Shown: one piece after another, positions 39,937-49,386 of the stretch
Layout of the letters: the number at the start of each line of letters is the position of its first letter
How positions within the stretch are numbered: the stretch's first letter is position 1
The notes under the pieces: model-generated
Database searches by the model: none
Told to the model about the DNA's origin: nothing
What the model saw: only the letters and a program-made list of their open reading frames with translations
Program-made: the position numbers and the translations under genes
Assembly (NCBI GenBank): GCA_963804925.1
Contig: CAWDSC010000006.1
Location: 259,765 to 323,764 of the forward strand
DNA length: 64,000 nt
Direction: 5' to 3'
Origin: an uncultured Chloroflexia bacterium
GTDB lineage: Bacteria > Chloroflexota > Chloroflexia > Thermomicrobiales > UBA6265

Positions 39937-40635
39937 ATGGCGCGCATTGCGTTGAGTCAGGCATTCGTCGTCGCTATACTCGCAAACGACGAAGGGGGAG
40001 ACGTGTCCGACGAAAACGCAGTCATCAAACTGAATGAAATTGCCGCCGAGGTTCGCGTATGCACGAAATGTGAGTTGTCGCGAACGCGCACGCACGCCGT
40101 GCCAGGCGAAGGAAATCCAAACGCAAAAATCATGCTGATCGGTGAGGGACCGGGATTCCACGAAGATCAGGAAGGCAAGCCATTTGTCGGCGCATCCGGC
40201 AAGTTCCTGAGCGAATTGCTGGGTTATGCCGACCTCACCCGCGACGACGTCTTTATCACGAATGTGGTGAAATGCCGCCCTCCCGGCAATCGCGATCCCC
40301 TTCCGGATGAAATTGCCGCCTGTTCGAATTATCTTGAGCGACAGATTGAGGCCATCGATCCTGAAGTGATCGTGACGCTTGGCCGCTTTTCGATGTCACG
40401 CTGGTTTGCCGGCGAGCGCATTTCCAAGATCCATGGTCAACCACGAAAGGTTGGCGAGCGATTGATCGTTCCCATGTTCCACCCTGCAGCGGCGCTGCAC
40501 CAGGGATCGATTCGGCCGCAAATTGAAGACGATTTCCGCAAGCTTCCAAAGATCGTTGCCGAAGCTGAGCGAGAACGTGCTGAGCAAGCCAAAGCAAACG
40601 ACGAGCCAGAACCTACGCAAATGACCTTTTTCTAG
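39937..40635 (+). CDS. udg: Uracil-DNA glycosylase, family 4
   Basis: CTKCELSRTRTHAVPGEGNPNAKIMLIGEGPGFHEDQEGKPFVGASGKFL and ITNVVKCRPPGNRDP. Confidence 0.9.
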   Translation: MARIALSQAFVVAILANDEGGDVSDENAVIKLNEIAAEVRVCTKCELSRTRTHAVPGEGNPNAKIMLIGEGPGFHEDQEGKPFVGASGKFLSELLGYADLTRDDVFITNVVKCRPPGNRDPLPDEIAACSNYLERQIEAIDPEVIVTLGRFSMSRWFAGERISKIHGQPRKVGERLIVPMFHPAAALHQGSIRPQIEDDFRKLPKIVAEAERERAEQAKANDEPEPTQMTFF

Positions 40636-40680
40636 TCGACGCTTGAGCGCCGGACGACCGTCGCGGCAGCAAGGCGCCGA

Positions 40681-42405
40681 TTGTTCTCCGAGCGACGATC
40701 CTGGAATTGCTTCTGCGATCCGCTCCAGAAAGGAACGGCCATTTCTTCGCCAGTTCGCCTGATGTTCCTCGGCGGTATCGCCGAGGTTGGAAAGAACATG
40801 TTCCTCTTCGAGCATGAAGAGGACATCATCGTCATCGATTGTGGGGTCGGCTTTCCCGAGGAGGAGCAATTCGGCATCGATCTCGTCCTGCCCGACATCA
40901 GCTACTTGAAGAAACGCCGCGATCGCATTCGCGGTCTTTTTTTGACGCACGGGCACGAAGACCATATTGGCGCGATCGCCTATCACCTGCCCGATCTCAA
41001 TGTTCCTGTCTATGGCACGAAACTGACGCTTGGACTGGTTCGAGTGAAGCTCGAAGAATCGGGTTTTCTGCCGCAGGCCGATTTGCGCGAATTCAATCCT
41101 GATTGCCACGAGCCGATCGCGGCCGGAGCGTTTTCGCTTGAGCCGTTCCGCGTTTGCCACAGCATTCCTGACGCCGTCGGCTTCGGCATCAACACACCTG
41201 CCGGGTTGATCGTGCACACAAGCGATTTCAAGCTCGATCCGACGCCGATCGATGGCCGCCTCACCGACTACGACCGCCTCAACGATTTCGCCGAGCGCGG
41301 AGTCCGTTTGCTGATTTCCGACTGCGTACATATCGAAACACCCGGCGCGACGCCATCCGAGCGCGTCGTCGGTGAAACGTACGACCGCGTCTTTGGGGAA
41401 ACCGATGGCCGTATCTTCATCGCCACATTCGCCTCGCTGATCGCTCGCGTTCAGCAGATCATCGACACAGCCGGGAAGCATGGCCGCCGGGTCGCCACGC
41501 TCGGCCGAAGTCTAGAAAATAACGTCAAAATGGCGCTTGAGCTCGGGTATCTGAAAGATCCCGACAAGCTCCTGGTCGATGCAAGGGAAGCGTCGTTCCT
41601 CCCCGATCACGAGGTGGTTTTTGTCGTCACCGGCAGCCAGGGCGAGCCGATGGCGGTGCTGAGCCGGATAGCGAACGGCGACCATCGCGATGTCACCGTC
41701 GGCGAGGGCGATACCGTCATCATCTCGGCGACACCTATTCCAGGCAACGAAACGTCCGTCTATCGCATCATCAACAAGCTCTTTCACGCGGGGGCCGAAG
41801 TAATCTACGGGTCGCGCGCGAAGGTCCACGTTTCCGGACATGGAAGCTACGACGAGCTGGTGACGATGCTCAACCTGGTCAAGCCGCGAGATGTCGTTCC
41901 GTTCCATGGCGAGCACCGGCACATGGCGCTCTATCGCGATCTGGCGATCGAACAGGGAATAACCGCCGACCGGATCCATTTCGCCGAAGTTGGAACAATC
42001 ATTGAGATCACCCCTGAGACGGTAAAAGTTGGCGGCAAGATCGAATCGGGCTATCTCTACGTCGATGGGGGAACGGTCGGAGATGTCGGCGATGTCGTCA
42101 TTCGCGACCGTAAAGCCCTCTCCCGCGACGGCATCCTGATGGTGATTGTTACCGTCGATCGCGAAACCGGCGTCATTCTGGCTGGTCCCGAAATTGCCAC
42201 CCGCGGATTCGTTCACGCCAAGGAGTCCGGGAAACTGCTCGAAGATGTAAAGACACATCTTCGTGACACGATCGGCGATGGTGCGCATTTTACTTCCGGT
42301 GATTGGGGATACCTCAGCCGCCAGATTCGCGAAACAACCTCATCGTTCCTGCACAAGAGAACCCGGCGCCGTCCGATGATCCTGCCGATGGTGATGGAAG
42401 TCTGA
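40681..42405 (+). CDS. rnj: Ribonuclease J
   Basis: FLGGIAEVGKNMFLFE, metallo-beta-lactamase motif LTHGHEDHIGA, a beta-CASP region and VHVSGHGSYDEL. The start (TTG 40681) is uncertain. Confidence 0.92.
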   Translation: MFSERRSWNCFCDPLQKGTAISSPVRLMFLGGIAEVGKNMFLFEHEEDIIVIDCGVGFPEEEQFGIDLVLPDISYLKKRRDRIRGLFLTHGHEDHIGAIAYHLPDLNVPVYGTKLTLGLVRVKLEESGFLPQADLREFNPDCHEPIAAGAFSLEPFRVCHSIPDAVGFGINTPAGLIVHTSDFKLDPTPIDGRLTDYDRLNDFAERGVRLLISDCVHIETPGATPSERVVGETYDRVFGETDGRIFIATFASLIARVQQIIDTAGKHGRRVATLGRSLENNVKMALELGYLKDPDKLLVDAREASFLPDHEVVFVVTGSQGEPMAVLSRIANGDHRDVTVGEGDTVIISATPIPGNETSVYRIINKLFHAGAEVIYGSRAKVHVSGHGSYDELVTMLNLVKPRDVVPFHGEHRHMALYRDLAIEQGITADRIHFAEVGTIIEITPETVKVGGKIESGYLYVDGGTVGDVGDVVIRDRKALSRDGILMVIVTVDRETGVILAGPEIATRGFVHAKESGKLLEDVKTHLRDTIGDGAHFTSGDWGYLSRQIRETTSSFLHKRTRRRPMILPMVMEV

Positions 42406-42473
42406 TCAATTAGGTCAGAATGCTTGACGGCTCCAAACGGCTCATGCAAACTTCATCCAATTCTTACTAGTGT

Positions 42474-42492
42474 GATCGGATATGATCCGATC
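42474..42492. promoter_or_regulatory. 19-bp perfect palindrome upstream of the iron-uptake operon (candidate operator or leader hairpin)
   Basis: GATCGGAT-ATG-ATCCGATC, 24 nt before GTG 42516 and about 20 nt downstream of a candidate TTGACG-17-CAAACT promoter (42424-42452). Confidence 0.3.
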
Positions 42493-42515
42493 CAACAGTT
42501 GGTTGGAGTGAGCCG

Positions 42516-43634
42516 GTGATCTTTGGTGAAAATTCGTCGCGTTTCCGAGCGCGCGCATCGATCGTAACTCGCGCAATGGTTGGAGGCGCGTTCGTGGCGT
42601 CCCTGGTGCTGCCGATCGGCGCGGCGGCGCAAAGCACCCCCGAGCCCGTGACGCCCGATCTGGCGAGCCTCAAAGCGCAAATGATCACGAATATCACCGA
42701 CATGAAAACCGGCACCACCGAGGTGCTGGCGTTCGCGCAGTGGTATTACGATCAGGCGAAAGCGGTCAACTTCGATTACCAGGCGCTCTGGGATCAGCAG
42801 CATGACGAAATTGTCTCCCGGCTCACCGCTGCTCGGGCGGCCTGGGTGAACGAGGCGCACGCCAATTACGAGTTGAGCGAGGGGCTCGTCGCTGGCGTGC
42901 CGTCGCTGTCGTCTTTCGACGTGCTGATCGATGCCGGACCAAGCGGAGCCGATGATCCCACCAACGCGCTTGATATCACCCTCGATCTTCCCGACGGCAC
43001 GAAACTCGAGAAACCGGGCAACTATTTTCATCAGGTCACCGAGCCTGCGCTGTGGGGAACGAACGACGCCTTCGTCGGTCTCGCAATCGACATGGACAGC
43101 GATGGCACGATCGAAGTTGGCGAGGCCCTTCCCAACGCGAACGTCCTGATCGCCGGCGCAACGGCGCTCGACAATGCCACGGGCGATCTCGCGACCGCGA
43201 TCAATGAATGGGAACCATCCCTTTCCGATGCCTTCACGGCGCTCGTCAACATGATTCCAACGATGGAAGGCTATTTCAACGAGTGGAAGCTTTCATCGTT
43301 CGTAATGGGCTCACAGTCGGAAGAACGAAGCTTCGTCGCAAGCAGCCGCCTTGTCGATGTGCTCGGCATTCTTAGCGGCTTGAATCTCACCTACTCCAAG
43401 CTGCAGCCGCTGGTCGAAAGCGCAGACCCGGCCATGGCTACCCAGATCGAAGCGGGAATGACCGACATGATGACCTTCGTCCAGGACCTCCTCGACAAAG
43501 AGAACGGCGGCACTCGCTTCACCCCGGAAGAGGCCGACCTCTACGGAAAATCGCTCCAGGATCAGGCGGCGACGACGGCCGGCCTGGTAACCCAAGCGGC
43601 AGCGCTGCTCGAAATCTCGCTCGAAACGGAGTAA
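42516..43634 (+). CDS. Imelysin/EfeO-like (peptidase M75 fold) periplasmic iron-uptake component
   Basis: Signal-like N-terminus (MVGGAFVASLVLPIGAAAQS). The HxxE-type motif GNYFHQVTEPALWG resembles the imelysin GxHxxE box. Adjacent to the FTR1 permease. Confidence 0.55.
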   Translation: MIFGENSSRFRARASIVTRAMVGGAFVASLVLPIGAAAQSTPEPVTPDLASLKAQMITNITDMKTGTTEVLAFAQWYYDQAKAVNFDYQALWDQQHDEIVSRLTAARAAWVNEAHANYELSEGLVAGVPSLSSFDVLIDAGPSGADDPTNALDITLDLPDGTKLEKPGNYFHQVTEPALWGTNDAFVGLAIDMDSDGTIEVGEALPNANVLIAGATALDNATGDLATAINEWEPSLSDAFTALVNMIPTMEGYFNEWKLSSFVMGSQSEERSFVASSRLVDVLGILSGLNLTYSKLQPLVESADPAMATQIEAGMTDMMTFVQDLLDKENGGTRFTPEEADLYGKSLQDQAATTAGLVTQAAALLEISLETE

Positions 43635-43674
43635 TCTTGACCGGGTTAGTCGGATATACAAGGGGAGCCCTTTT

Positions 43675-46098
43675 GTGACGAAGTTGATCCGCGGCGCCTG
43701 CATCCTCGCGTTCCTTTTCGCCTTGATCTCACCGGTCATCGGAATGGAACAGGCAGCCACCGCCCAGGAGCCGTCTCAGGATCAAGCAGTCCTGGCCAGT
43801 TCGGTCAAATCGGGTCTTACCTCCGCTCAACGCGATCTCATGCTCGATGACATCCCTTCCGCACAGGCGGGGATGTCATCGGCGCTTGATGCGGCAAATG
43901 CGCTTTCCCCCTCGTTCGTCGCCGACCCAACCGCAGCAACTGATCTCAATGAATCCCTGGCATCGGCATCAAAAGCGATCGCCGCCGGCAACGATGTTGA
44001 GTTCGCGGTCGCCAAGGGTCTTGCCTGGTCAGCGATTCTCCGGGGCGCGATGGCGGAGACACTTGCCGCCGCGCAATCAGGCGATGCCGCGACGGCAGCT
44101 TCCTGGCTGTTGATCCGGGAGTTCCGTCCCACCACCAAGTTTTCACGCCCGGGCGCGAATGCCACGCTTGCGGTCCAGAGTATGAAAAACGGTGATATCT
44201 CGCCCGATGAAGCAGTCGCGGCAATCCGGGCCGATCTGCTTGACACCTACCAGGCCAGACTCGACGCCGCGCTTTCATCGGCGTTAACATCCGCACGCGA
44301 TGGGTATCCGGTGAGTCAGGCCGAATCTGCCGCAACGGCAGCCGGCTACTGGAAGATGCTCAACGGACCGTATGAATCGCAGCGCGATGCGACCGCCAGA
44401 GCAGATGCTGACTCAACGTTTAATCAACTCGTGAATAGCGTTATAGCTCAGGACAGCGCCGCCTTCACGATCCACGAAGACGCCGCTGCCACCATTGTCG
44501 AGAGTTTCCGCGCCACGCCAATGAGTCCCGATGAGCAGGCCAGCCGGGCGCATCAGCTCCTGCTCTACTTGCCGCTTGTTTCAGTTGAATATGGCCGGGG
44601 CGTCAAAGGCGATCAGGTCACCGTCGACATTGAAATGGTCGAATCGCTCGCCTTTCTCGACGCTGCGCGCGCCGCCTTTGCCGATCTGCGATCCGAGCTG
44701 AACGGCTATGACCAGGCGACGACCGACGCAGTCGCAACCTCGTTGGCAACGCTTAACGACCAGATTCAATCATCGGCTCGCAAAGAGAATGTCACCTCGG
44801 TCGATGTCGTCAAATCGTCGGTGAACGATATCCAGTCCAAGTTGAAAGGCATCTATCCAGATGCCTGGAACCAGACGAGCGGCACTGCCGACTTCGAAGT
44901 GATCTCCTCGATCCTCGACCAGATGGAAACGGCGGTTGCGGCCGGTCAGTACAAGCAGGCGGAATCCGCTCGCTTGCAGGCCTACGCCATATACGATGCC
45001 GGCCCTGAAAAGCATCTGATCGGTTTTGCGCCTGGCGTCGCCCGGGAGGCCGAGCAGCTCTTCTGGCAGGGAACGGGGAATACGCAAGGTCTGCAGTACG
45101 CCATCGACAACCAGGCGTCGCCCAAGGAAATCGCGCAGATTCGCGCCACTCTCAACAAGGTTTTGGCTGATGGCCAGGAAAGGTTGGGAGCCGGACGCCC
45201 CGGTGACGGCGCAATCGTCTTCAATGCGGCCACGATTGTTTTCCGAGAAGGACTCGAAGCGGTGCTCATCCTGGCGTCATTGCTCGCCAGCATGAAGGGC
45301 GCGAATGCAAAGTTCAAGCGTCCAATGGCGGTCGGAGCGATCGGCGCGTTTGTCGCCACCGCCGTGCTCTTCGTGCTTGCCCGGTCGGCGCTGCTCCAGT
45401 TCAGCCAGTATGGCGAGCGGCTTGAAGCGATCGTTTCGATCGTCGCCATCGGCGTGCTGCTGCTCGTGATGAACTGGTTTTTCCACAAGGTTTACTGGAC
45501 CAAATGGATCGCCCACCACCACACACGGCGGCGGGTGCTCATCGGCGGGGCCGCGGGCCAGATGCTCGGATTAGTCATTCTCGGATTCACCAGCATCTTC
45601 CGAGAGGGTGCTGAGACGGTGCTCTTCCTGCAGGCCCTGGTGCTTGACGCCGGCACGCTTGTCGTCATTCAAGGCGTTGCGATCGGATTGGTCGGCACAT
45701 TCATCGTGGGAGCGCTCGTCTTCTTCCTGCAAGCCAGACTGCCGCACAAGAAGATGCTGACGATGACCGGCGTCATGATCGCCGTCGTGCTGGTGATGAT
45801 GGTCGGCAATACCGTTCATGTGTTGCAGACGGTCGGCTGGATGCCGATCACCCCGATCGGCAACACCGTGTTCCCCTACTGGTTGGGCGTCTGGTTCGGC
45901 GCGTACGCCACCTGGGAAGGCGTCGTGTTACAGGCCGTCGCGGTGATCTTTGTCATCGGCAGCTACTTCGCCGCCGAATGGCAGCACGAGCGGTCCATCC
46001 AACAGCGCGTCGCGGCGTCCGAGGCGGCAGCTGCCATGCCGGAATCACCAACTCTGGGAGCTCGGTCCGGACTCGAGCCGGTGACCCATTCGCGTTAG
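43675..46098 (+). CDS. FTR1/EfeU-family iron permease fused to a ~500-aa N-terminal extracytoplasmic helical domain
   Basis: AGGGGAG RBS plus GTG start, a signal peptide and an Ala-rich ~500-aa domain. Seven TM helices follow, carrying two REGxE motifs (FREGLEAVLIL, FREGAETVLFL). Confidence 0.8.
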   Translation: MTKLIRGACILAFLFALISPVIGMEQAATAQEPSQDQAVLASSVKSGLTSAQRDLMLDDIPSAQAGMSSALDAANALSPSFVADPTAATDLNESLASASKAIAAGNDVEFAVAKGLAWSAILRGAMAETLAAAQSGDAATAASWLLIREFRPTTKFSRPGANATLAVQSMKNGDISPDEAVAAIRADLLDTYQARLDAALSSALTSARDGYPVSQAESAATAAGYWKMLNGPYESQRDATARADADSTFNQLVNSVIAQDSAAFTIHEDAAATIVESFRATPMSPDEQASRAHQLLLYLPLVSVEYGRGVKGDQVTVDIEMVESLAFLDAARAAFADLRSELNGYDQATTDAVATSLATLNDQIQSSARKENVTSVDVVKSSVNDIQSKLKGIYPDAWNQTSGTADFEVISSILDQMETAVAAGQYKQAESARLQAYAIYDAGPEKHLIGFAPGVAREAEQLFWQGTGNTQGLQYAIDNQASPKEIAQIRATLNKVLADGQERLGAGRPGDGAIVFNAATIVFREGLEAVLILASLLASMKGANAKFKRPMAVGAIGAFVATAVLFVLARSALLQFSQYGERLEAIVSIVAIGVLLLVMNWFFHKVYWTKWIAHHHTRRRVLIGGAAGQMLGLVILGFTSIFREGAETVLFLQALVLDAGTLVVIQGVAIGLVGTFIVGALVFFLQARLPHKKMLTMTGVMIAVVLVMMVGNTVHVLQTVGWMPITPIGNTVFPYWLGVWFGAYATWEGVVLQAVAVIFVIGSYFAAEWQHERSIQQRVAASEAAAAMPESPTLGARSGLEPVTHSR

Positions 46099-46119
46099 AG
46101 TTGCACTACCAATAACACT

Positions 46120-46152
46120 GACGGCCCGGGCGATTGAATCGCGCGGGCCGTC
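46120..46152. terminator. Stem-loop between convergent genes
   Basis: gacggcccgggcga ... tcgcgcgggccgtc (one mismatch), between the stops at 46098 (+) and 46186 (-). Confidence 0.5.
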
Positions 46153-46185
46153 TTCATGTTGGCAATTCGAATGAGCAGGTCCGGG

Positions 46186-47061
46186 TTACACTGTTTCTGT
46201 TTCCATTTCGCCGTCGTAGCCACGGTAATCGCGAACCAGGTCCTGCACCTCTGCGGCTGCCGCTTTGGCTCGCTTGATGGTCTTCTCGCGGCGTTCCTTG
46301 CCCATGATGATGTAGAGCACAATCGCGACGAGCGCAGTCGACCAGAGCGCGATCGCCGCACCATTCTTGCCAGCTTTTGTGGCCTCGCTTGCGGCCACGG
46401 CCGATTTTTCTTTAGCGGCTGTCGCGGCGAGAGAGGATCTCTCTTTTGCAGCCGTCGCGGCCAGCGTCGATTTCTCCTTCGCAACCGCGACAGACATGCC
46501 GATTGGCTGTTCCAGCTGCTTCGCAAGATCGAGCAAGCGCTGGGCTTGTTCGATCAATGCGGTTTCGGCACTCTTCGCACGCACCGAAACTCCGGCAGAG
46601 GTCAGTCCAAGTTGCTCGCGCGTTGGTGCAGAGTCGAGCGCCGCATGCGATCGGTCACGCGCATTTTCGAGTATTTCCACTGCGGCCGTGGCAGCCTGCA
46701 TCGCGAGCGCTTTGACATCTTTCGAGAGTTGATCACCACTCGCGGAAGTCTCGCGAACGCGATCAGAAACTTGCGCAGCCAGCGATGACGCCGTCCCGGA
46801 AGCCTGCGTCTTCCTCGTTGTCGCAGCATCGCTCGCCTGATGCTTGAGTGACGCGGCCGTTCCTGAAGCCTGATTCTTCAGGGAAGAAGCAGTGTCCGTC
46901 GCCTGACTCTTCAGAGAAGAGGCAGCTCCCGACGCCTGTTTTTTGACAGTCGACCCCTTCGCTGCCGCTTGCTCAGTAATCTTATTGGCGGCGTCCGTCA
47001 CTTGCTCCATGATCTGTTCGCTTAACGTCTGCTTCTTGCGGAACGGAATGTACTGTTTCAT
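46186..47061 (-). CDS. LEA group-3-like / apolipoprotein-like 11-mer repeat protein with a C-terminal TM anchor
   Basis: Five 11-aa repeats (KKQASGAASSL KSQATDTASSL KNQASGTAASL KHQASDAATTR KTQASGTASSL) and three more (AKEKSTLAATA AKERSSLAATA AKEKSAVAASE, compare the LEA3 motif TAQAAKEKAxE). One TM (AAIALWSTALVAIVLYIIMG). AGGGAG RBS. Confidence 0.6.
   Translation of the reverse strand: MKQYIPFRKKQTLSEQIMEQVTDAANKITEQAAAKGSTVKKQASGAASSLKSQATDTASSLKNQASGTAASLKHQASDAATTRKTQASGTASSLAAQVSDRVRETSASGDQLSKDVKALAMQAATAAVEILENARDRSHAALDSAPTREQLGLTSAGVSVRAKSAETALIEQAQRLLDLAKQLEQPIGMSVAVAKEKSTLAATAAKERSSLAATAAKEKSAVAASEATKAGKNGAAIALWSTALVAIVLYIIMGKERREKTIKRAKAAAAEVQDLVRDYRGYDGEMETETV
46391..46490 (-). 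repeat. 3 x 33-nt imperfect in-frame tandem repeat (AKEKS-type 11-mers)
   Basis: The gcggc[cg] anchor recurs at 46391, 46424 and 46457, an exact 33-nt period. Confidence 0.8.
46790..46955 (-). repeat. 5 x 33-nt imperfect in-frame tandem repeat (KxQASGxASSL 11-mers)
   Basis: The gcctg anchor recurs at 46802, 46835, 46868, 46901 and 46934, an exact 33-nt period. Confidence 0.85.
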
Positions 47062-47094
47062 TCTCGACGCTCCCTTCGCTACTCCCGGTATTCG

Positions 47095-47319
47095 TTAGGA
47101 ACCAGAATCTCCTGAGGTGATGCTCGTGACGAGCGCTCGCCGCTCGTCAACGGAAATTCCATCCATAAGCACGTTGATGACGTCTCGCAATGTTTCGGCG
47201 CGTTCGATTGGCGTCATCTTTGCGGCGACTAATGCAGTAACATCTCGAATTGCCTCCTGACGCTCTTGCGGCGACATTGAGGTGACGACGTTCTGGATCA
47301 TGCCTCGCATGAAACTCAT
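47095..47319 (-). CDS. Small helical protein with three ~20-aa internal repeats, co-oriented 33 nt upstream of the LEA-like gene
   Basis: 74 aa: [20 protein letters not shown] / [20 protein letters not shown] / [20 protein letters not shown]. Plausible AAGGGA RBS. No family recognised. Confidence 0.45.
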   Translation of the reverse strand: MSFMRGMIQNVVTSMSPQERQEAIRDVTALVAAKMTPIERAETLRDVINVLMDGISVDERRALVTSITSGDSGS

Positions 47320-47400
47320 TCGTGCGTTATCCCTTCTTTCTCAGCGCCGGACGAAAGTCCGTTGCCGTTCGGGTATAAACCCTACGATACTGGCTTTCAA

Positions 47401-49386
47401 ATGATGAATAGTACGCACAATACAGACCAGAGATTCGACGTGGTAGTGATCGGGGCAGGACATGCCGGGTGCGAGGCCGCCCTTGCGGCCAGTAGGGCCG
47501 GCTGCCGAACCCTGGTGATCACGCCAAATCTCGACCGCGTTGGCTATATGCCCTGCAATCCCTCGATCGGGGGCCCGGGTAAGAGCCATATTGTCGCCGA
47601 AGTTGAGGCGCTCGGTGGAGAAATGGGGCGAGCCGCCGATCGCGCCGCCCTGCAAATCCGCACGCTCAACACAAGCAAGGGACCTGCGGTGCAGGCGCTG
47701 CGGGCGCAGGAGGACAAAGGTCTCTACGCACTCGCGATGAAAGAGGCGCTCGAAGCCTCTCCCAACCTGTCACTCATTCAGGATGAAGCGATCGCCCTAC
47801 ATGTGGAACCTGCGCCCGATCGACCTCGCGTGACAGGCGTCACCTGTCGCTCGCTCGGACTGGTCAACTCCACAGCCGTGATCGTGACCGCTGGAACATT
47901 CCTGCGCGGCGCGATGGTTTCCGGCGAATCCCGGGTTGCCGGCGGGCGAGCCGGTGATCGCGCCGACCAGGAGCTTTCGACCTCAATGTCGGGACTGGGA
48001 CTTCGACTGCGGCGACTCAAGACCGGTACGCCTCCCCGCATTGATGGGCGCACCGTCAACTTTGACCACCTCGAACCGCAGGAAGGCGAGGACCGGCCGG
48101 TCTGGTTCAGCCGGGATGGACAGAGTAGCAACCTCGATCACCTCGCGCTGCCTCCGCTTTCCATGCACCGGTCCGCTACCGGTGAACGGGCATGGCGGCC
48201 CCAGCTTGCTTGCTGGAAGCTCGCGACGACTGAAGACGCGCACGATCTCATTCGTGCAAATCTCCATCGCGCTCCGATGTTTAACGGCTCGATCGAAGGG
48301 ATCGGTCCGCGTTATTGCCCATCGATTGAGGATAAGGTCGCCCGATTCGGTGACAAGACATCGCATCCGCTTTTCCTGGAGCCTGAGGGGTGGCGAACGG
48401 TTGAGCTCTACCTGCAGGGTCTTAGCACAAGCCTCCCCGTTGACGTGCAGGAAGCCGTTCTGAAGTCCATCCCAGGTTTGGAACGAGCGCGCATGACCCG
48501 AGCCGGGTATGCGGTCGAGTACGACGCGGTCGATCCCAATGAACTCCTGCCGACCATGGAAGCCCGAGCTGTCACTGGTCTCTACCTGGCTGGACAGATC
48601 AACGGCACCTCGGGATATGAAGAAGCGGCGGGACAGGGCATTCTGGCCGGTTGGAACGCAGCGAATCAGGTCCGGCAGCTTCCGAGCGTGGTGCTGGGCC
48701 GGGACGAGGCGTACATCGGCGTCATGGTCGACGATCTCGTCACCCGCCCCTTTGATGAGCCATATCGGATGCTCACCTCGCGGGCCGAGTACCGCCTGCA
48801 CCTGCGCACGGAAACAGCCGAAGACCGTCTTTCGGCGATGGCCCACCGTGATGGGCTTATCTCACAAGATCGCTATGATGCGGTTCTGGCCTCGCAATCA
48901 ACACGCCAGGCGGCGCTGGCGTTGCTTCACTCCATCAAGATCAACCCGGTTTCGGACGACGCACGTCTCGAATCATCCGGAATAGCGCCGGTTTCACAGC
49001 CGACGAATGCAGGTGATTTGCTTCGACGCCCGGACGTGACGCTCGAACAGGTTGTCGAGCTTGTTCCATTGGAACGGCGCTCCGTCGTCGCCGGCCTGGA
49101 TGAACCGCAACGCTTGCGCCTCGGGCACGATATGAAGTACGCCGCGTTCGTTGAGCGCGAAACCAAGGAAATTGCGCGGCACGCATCCATGGAAAAGCGC
49201 TCGATTCCCGCCTCACTCGACTATCAAGTCGTAGCAGGTCTTCGCATTGAAGCGATGCAAAAACTGTCGGTGACGCGGCCGATGACGATTGGACAGGCAG
49301 GACGCATGACCGGGGTGACTCCGGGCGATGTCGCGGCGCTGCTCGTGCACCTGAGCAAGCGAGGAATCACTGAATGCGCGTCCTGA
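47401..49386 (+). CDS. mnmG: tRNA uridine-5-carboxymethylaminomethyl synthesis enzyme MnmG (GidA)
   Basis: [55 protein letters not shown] and [21 protein letters not shown]. Confidence 0.95.
   Translation: MMNSTHNTDQRFDVVVIGAGHAGCEAALAASRAGCRTLVITPNLDRVGYMPCNPSIGGPGKSHIVAEVEALGGEMGRAADRAALQIRTLNTSKGPAVQALRAQEDKGLYALAMKEALEASPNLSLIQDEAIALHVEPAPDRPRVTGVTCRSLGLVNSTAVIVTAGTFLRGAMVSGESRVAGGRAGDRADQELSTSMSGLGLRLRRLKTGTPPRIDGRTVNFDHLEPQEGEDRPVWFSRDGQSSNLDHLALPPLSMHRSATGERAWRPQLACWKLATTEDAHDLIRANLHRAPMFNGSIEGIGPRYCPSIEDKVARFGDKTSHPLFLEPEGWRTVELYLQGLSTSLPVDVQEAVLKSIPGLERARMTRAGYAVEYDAVDPNELLPTMEARAVTGLYLAGQINGTSGYEEAAGQGILAGWNAANQVRQLPSVVLGRDEAYIGVMVDDLVTRPFDEPYRMLTSRAEYRLHLRTETAEDRLSAMAHRDGLISQDRYDAVLASQSTRQAALALLHSIKINPVSDDARLESSGIAPVSQPTNAGDLLRRPDVTLEQVVELVPLERRSVVAGLDEPQRLRLGHDMKYAAFVERETKEIARHASMEKRSIPASLDYQVVAGLRIEAMQKLSVTRPMTIGQAGRMTGVTPGDVAALLVHLSKRGITECAS

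Noticed and set aside
42409-42427. IdeR/DtxR-type iron box (TTAGGTCAGAATGCTTGAC) upstream of the iron-uptake operon
   Set aside because: Only about 10 of 19 positions match TTAGGTTAGCCTAACCTAA. The left half-site is good but the right half is essentially random.
46391-46955. 33-nt periodic repeats considered as a CRISPR array or minisatellite
   Set aside because: The units are contiguous with no spacers, are in frame and encode 11-aa protein repeats inside a well-supported ORF. No cas genes are present.
47341-47400. RNase P RNA-like motif (acgaaagtccg) upstream of mnmG
   Set aside because: The intergenic region is only 81 nt, far shorter than RNase P RNA, and the match is limited to about 8 nt.
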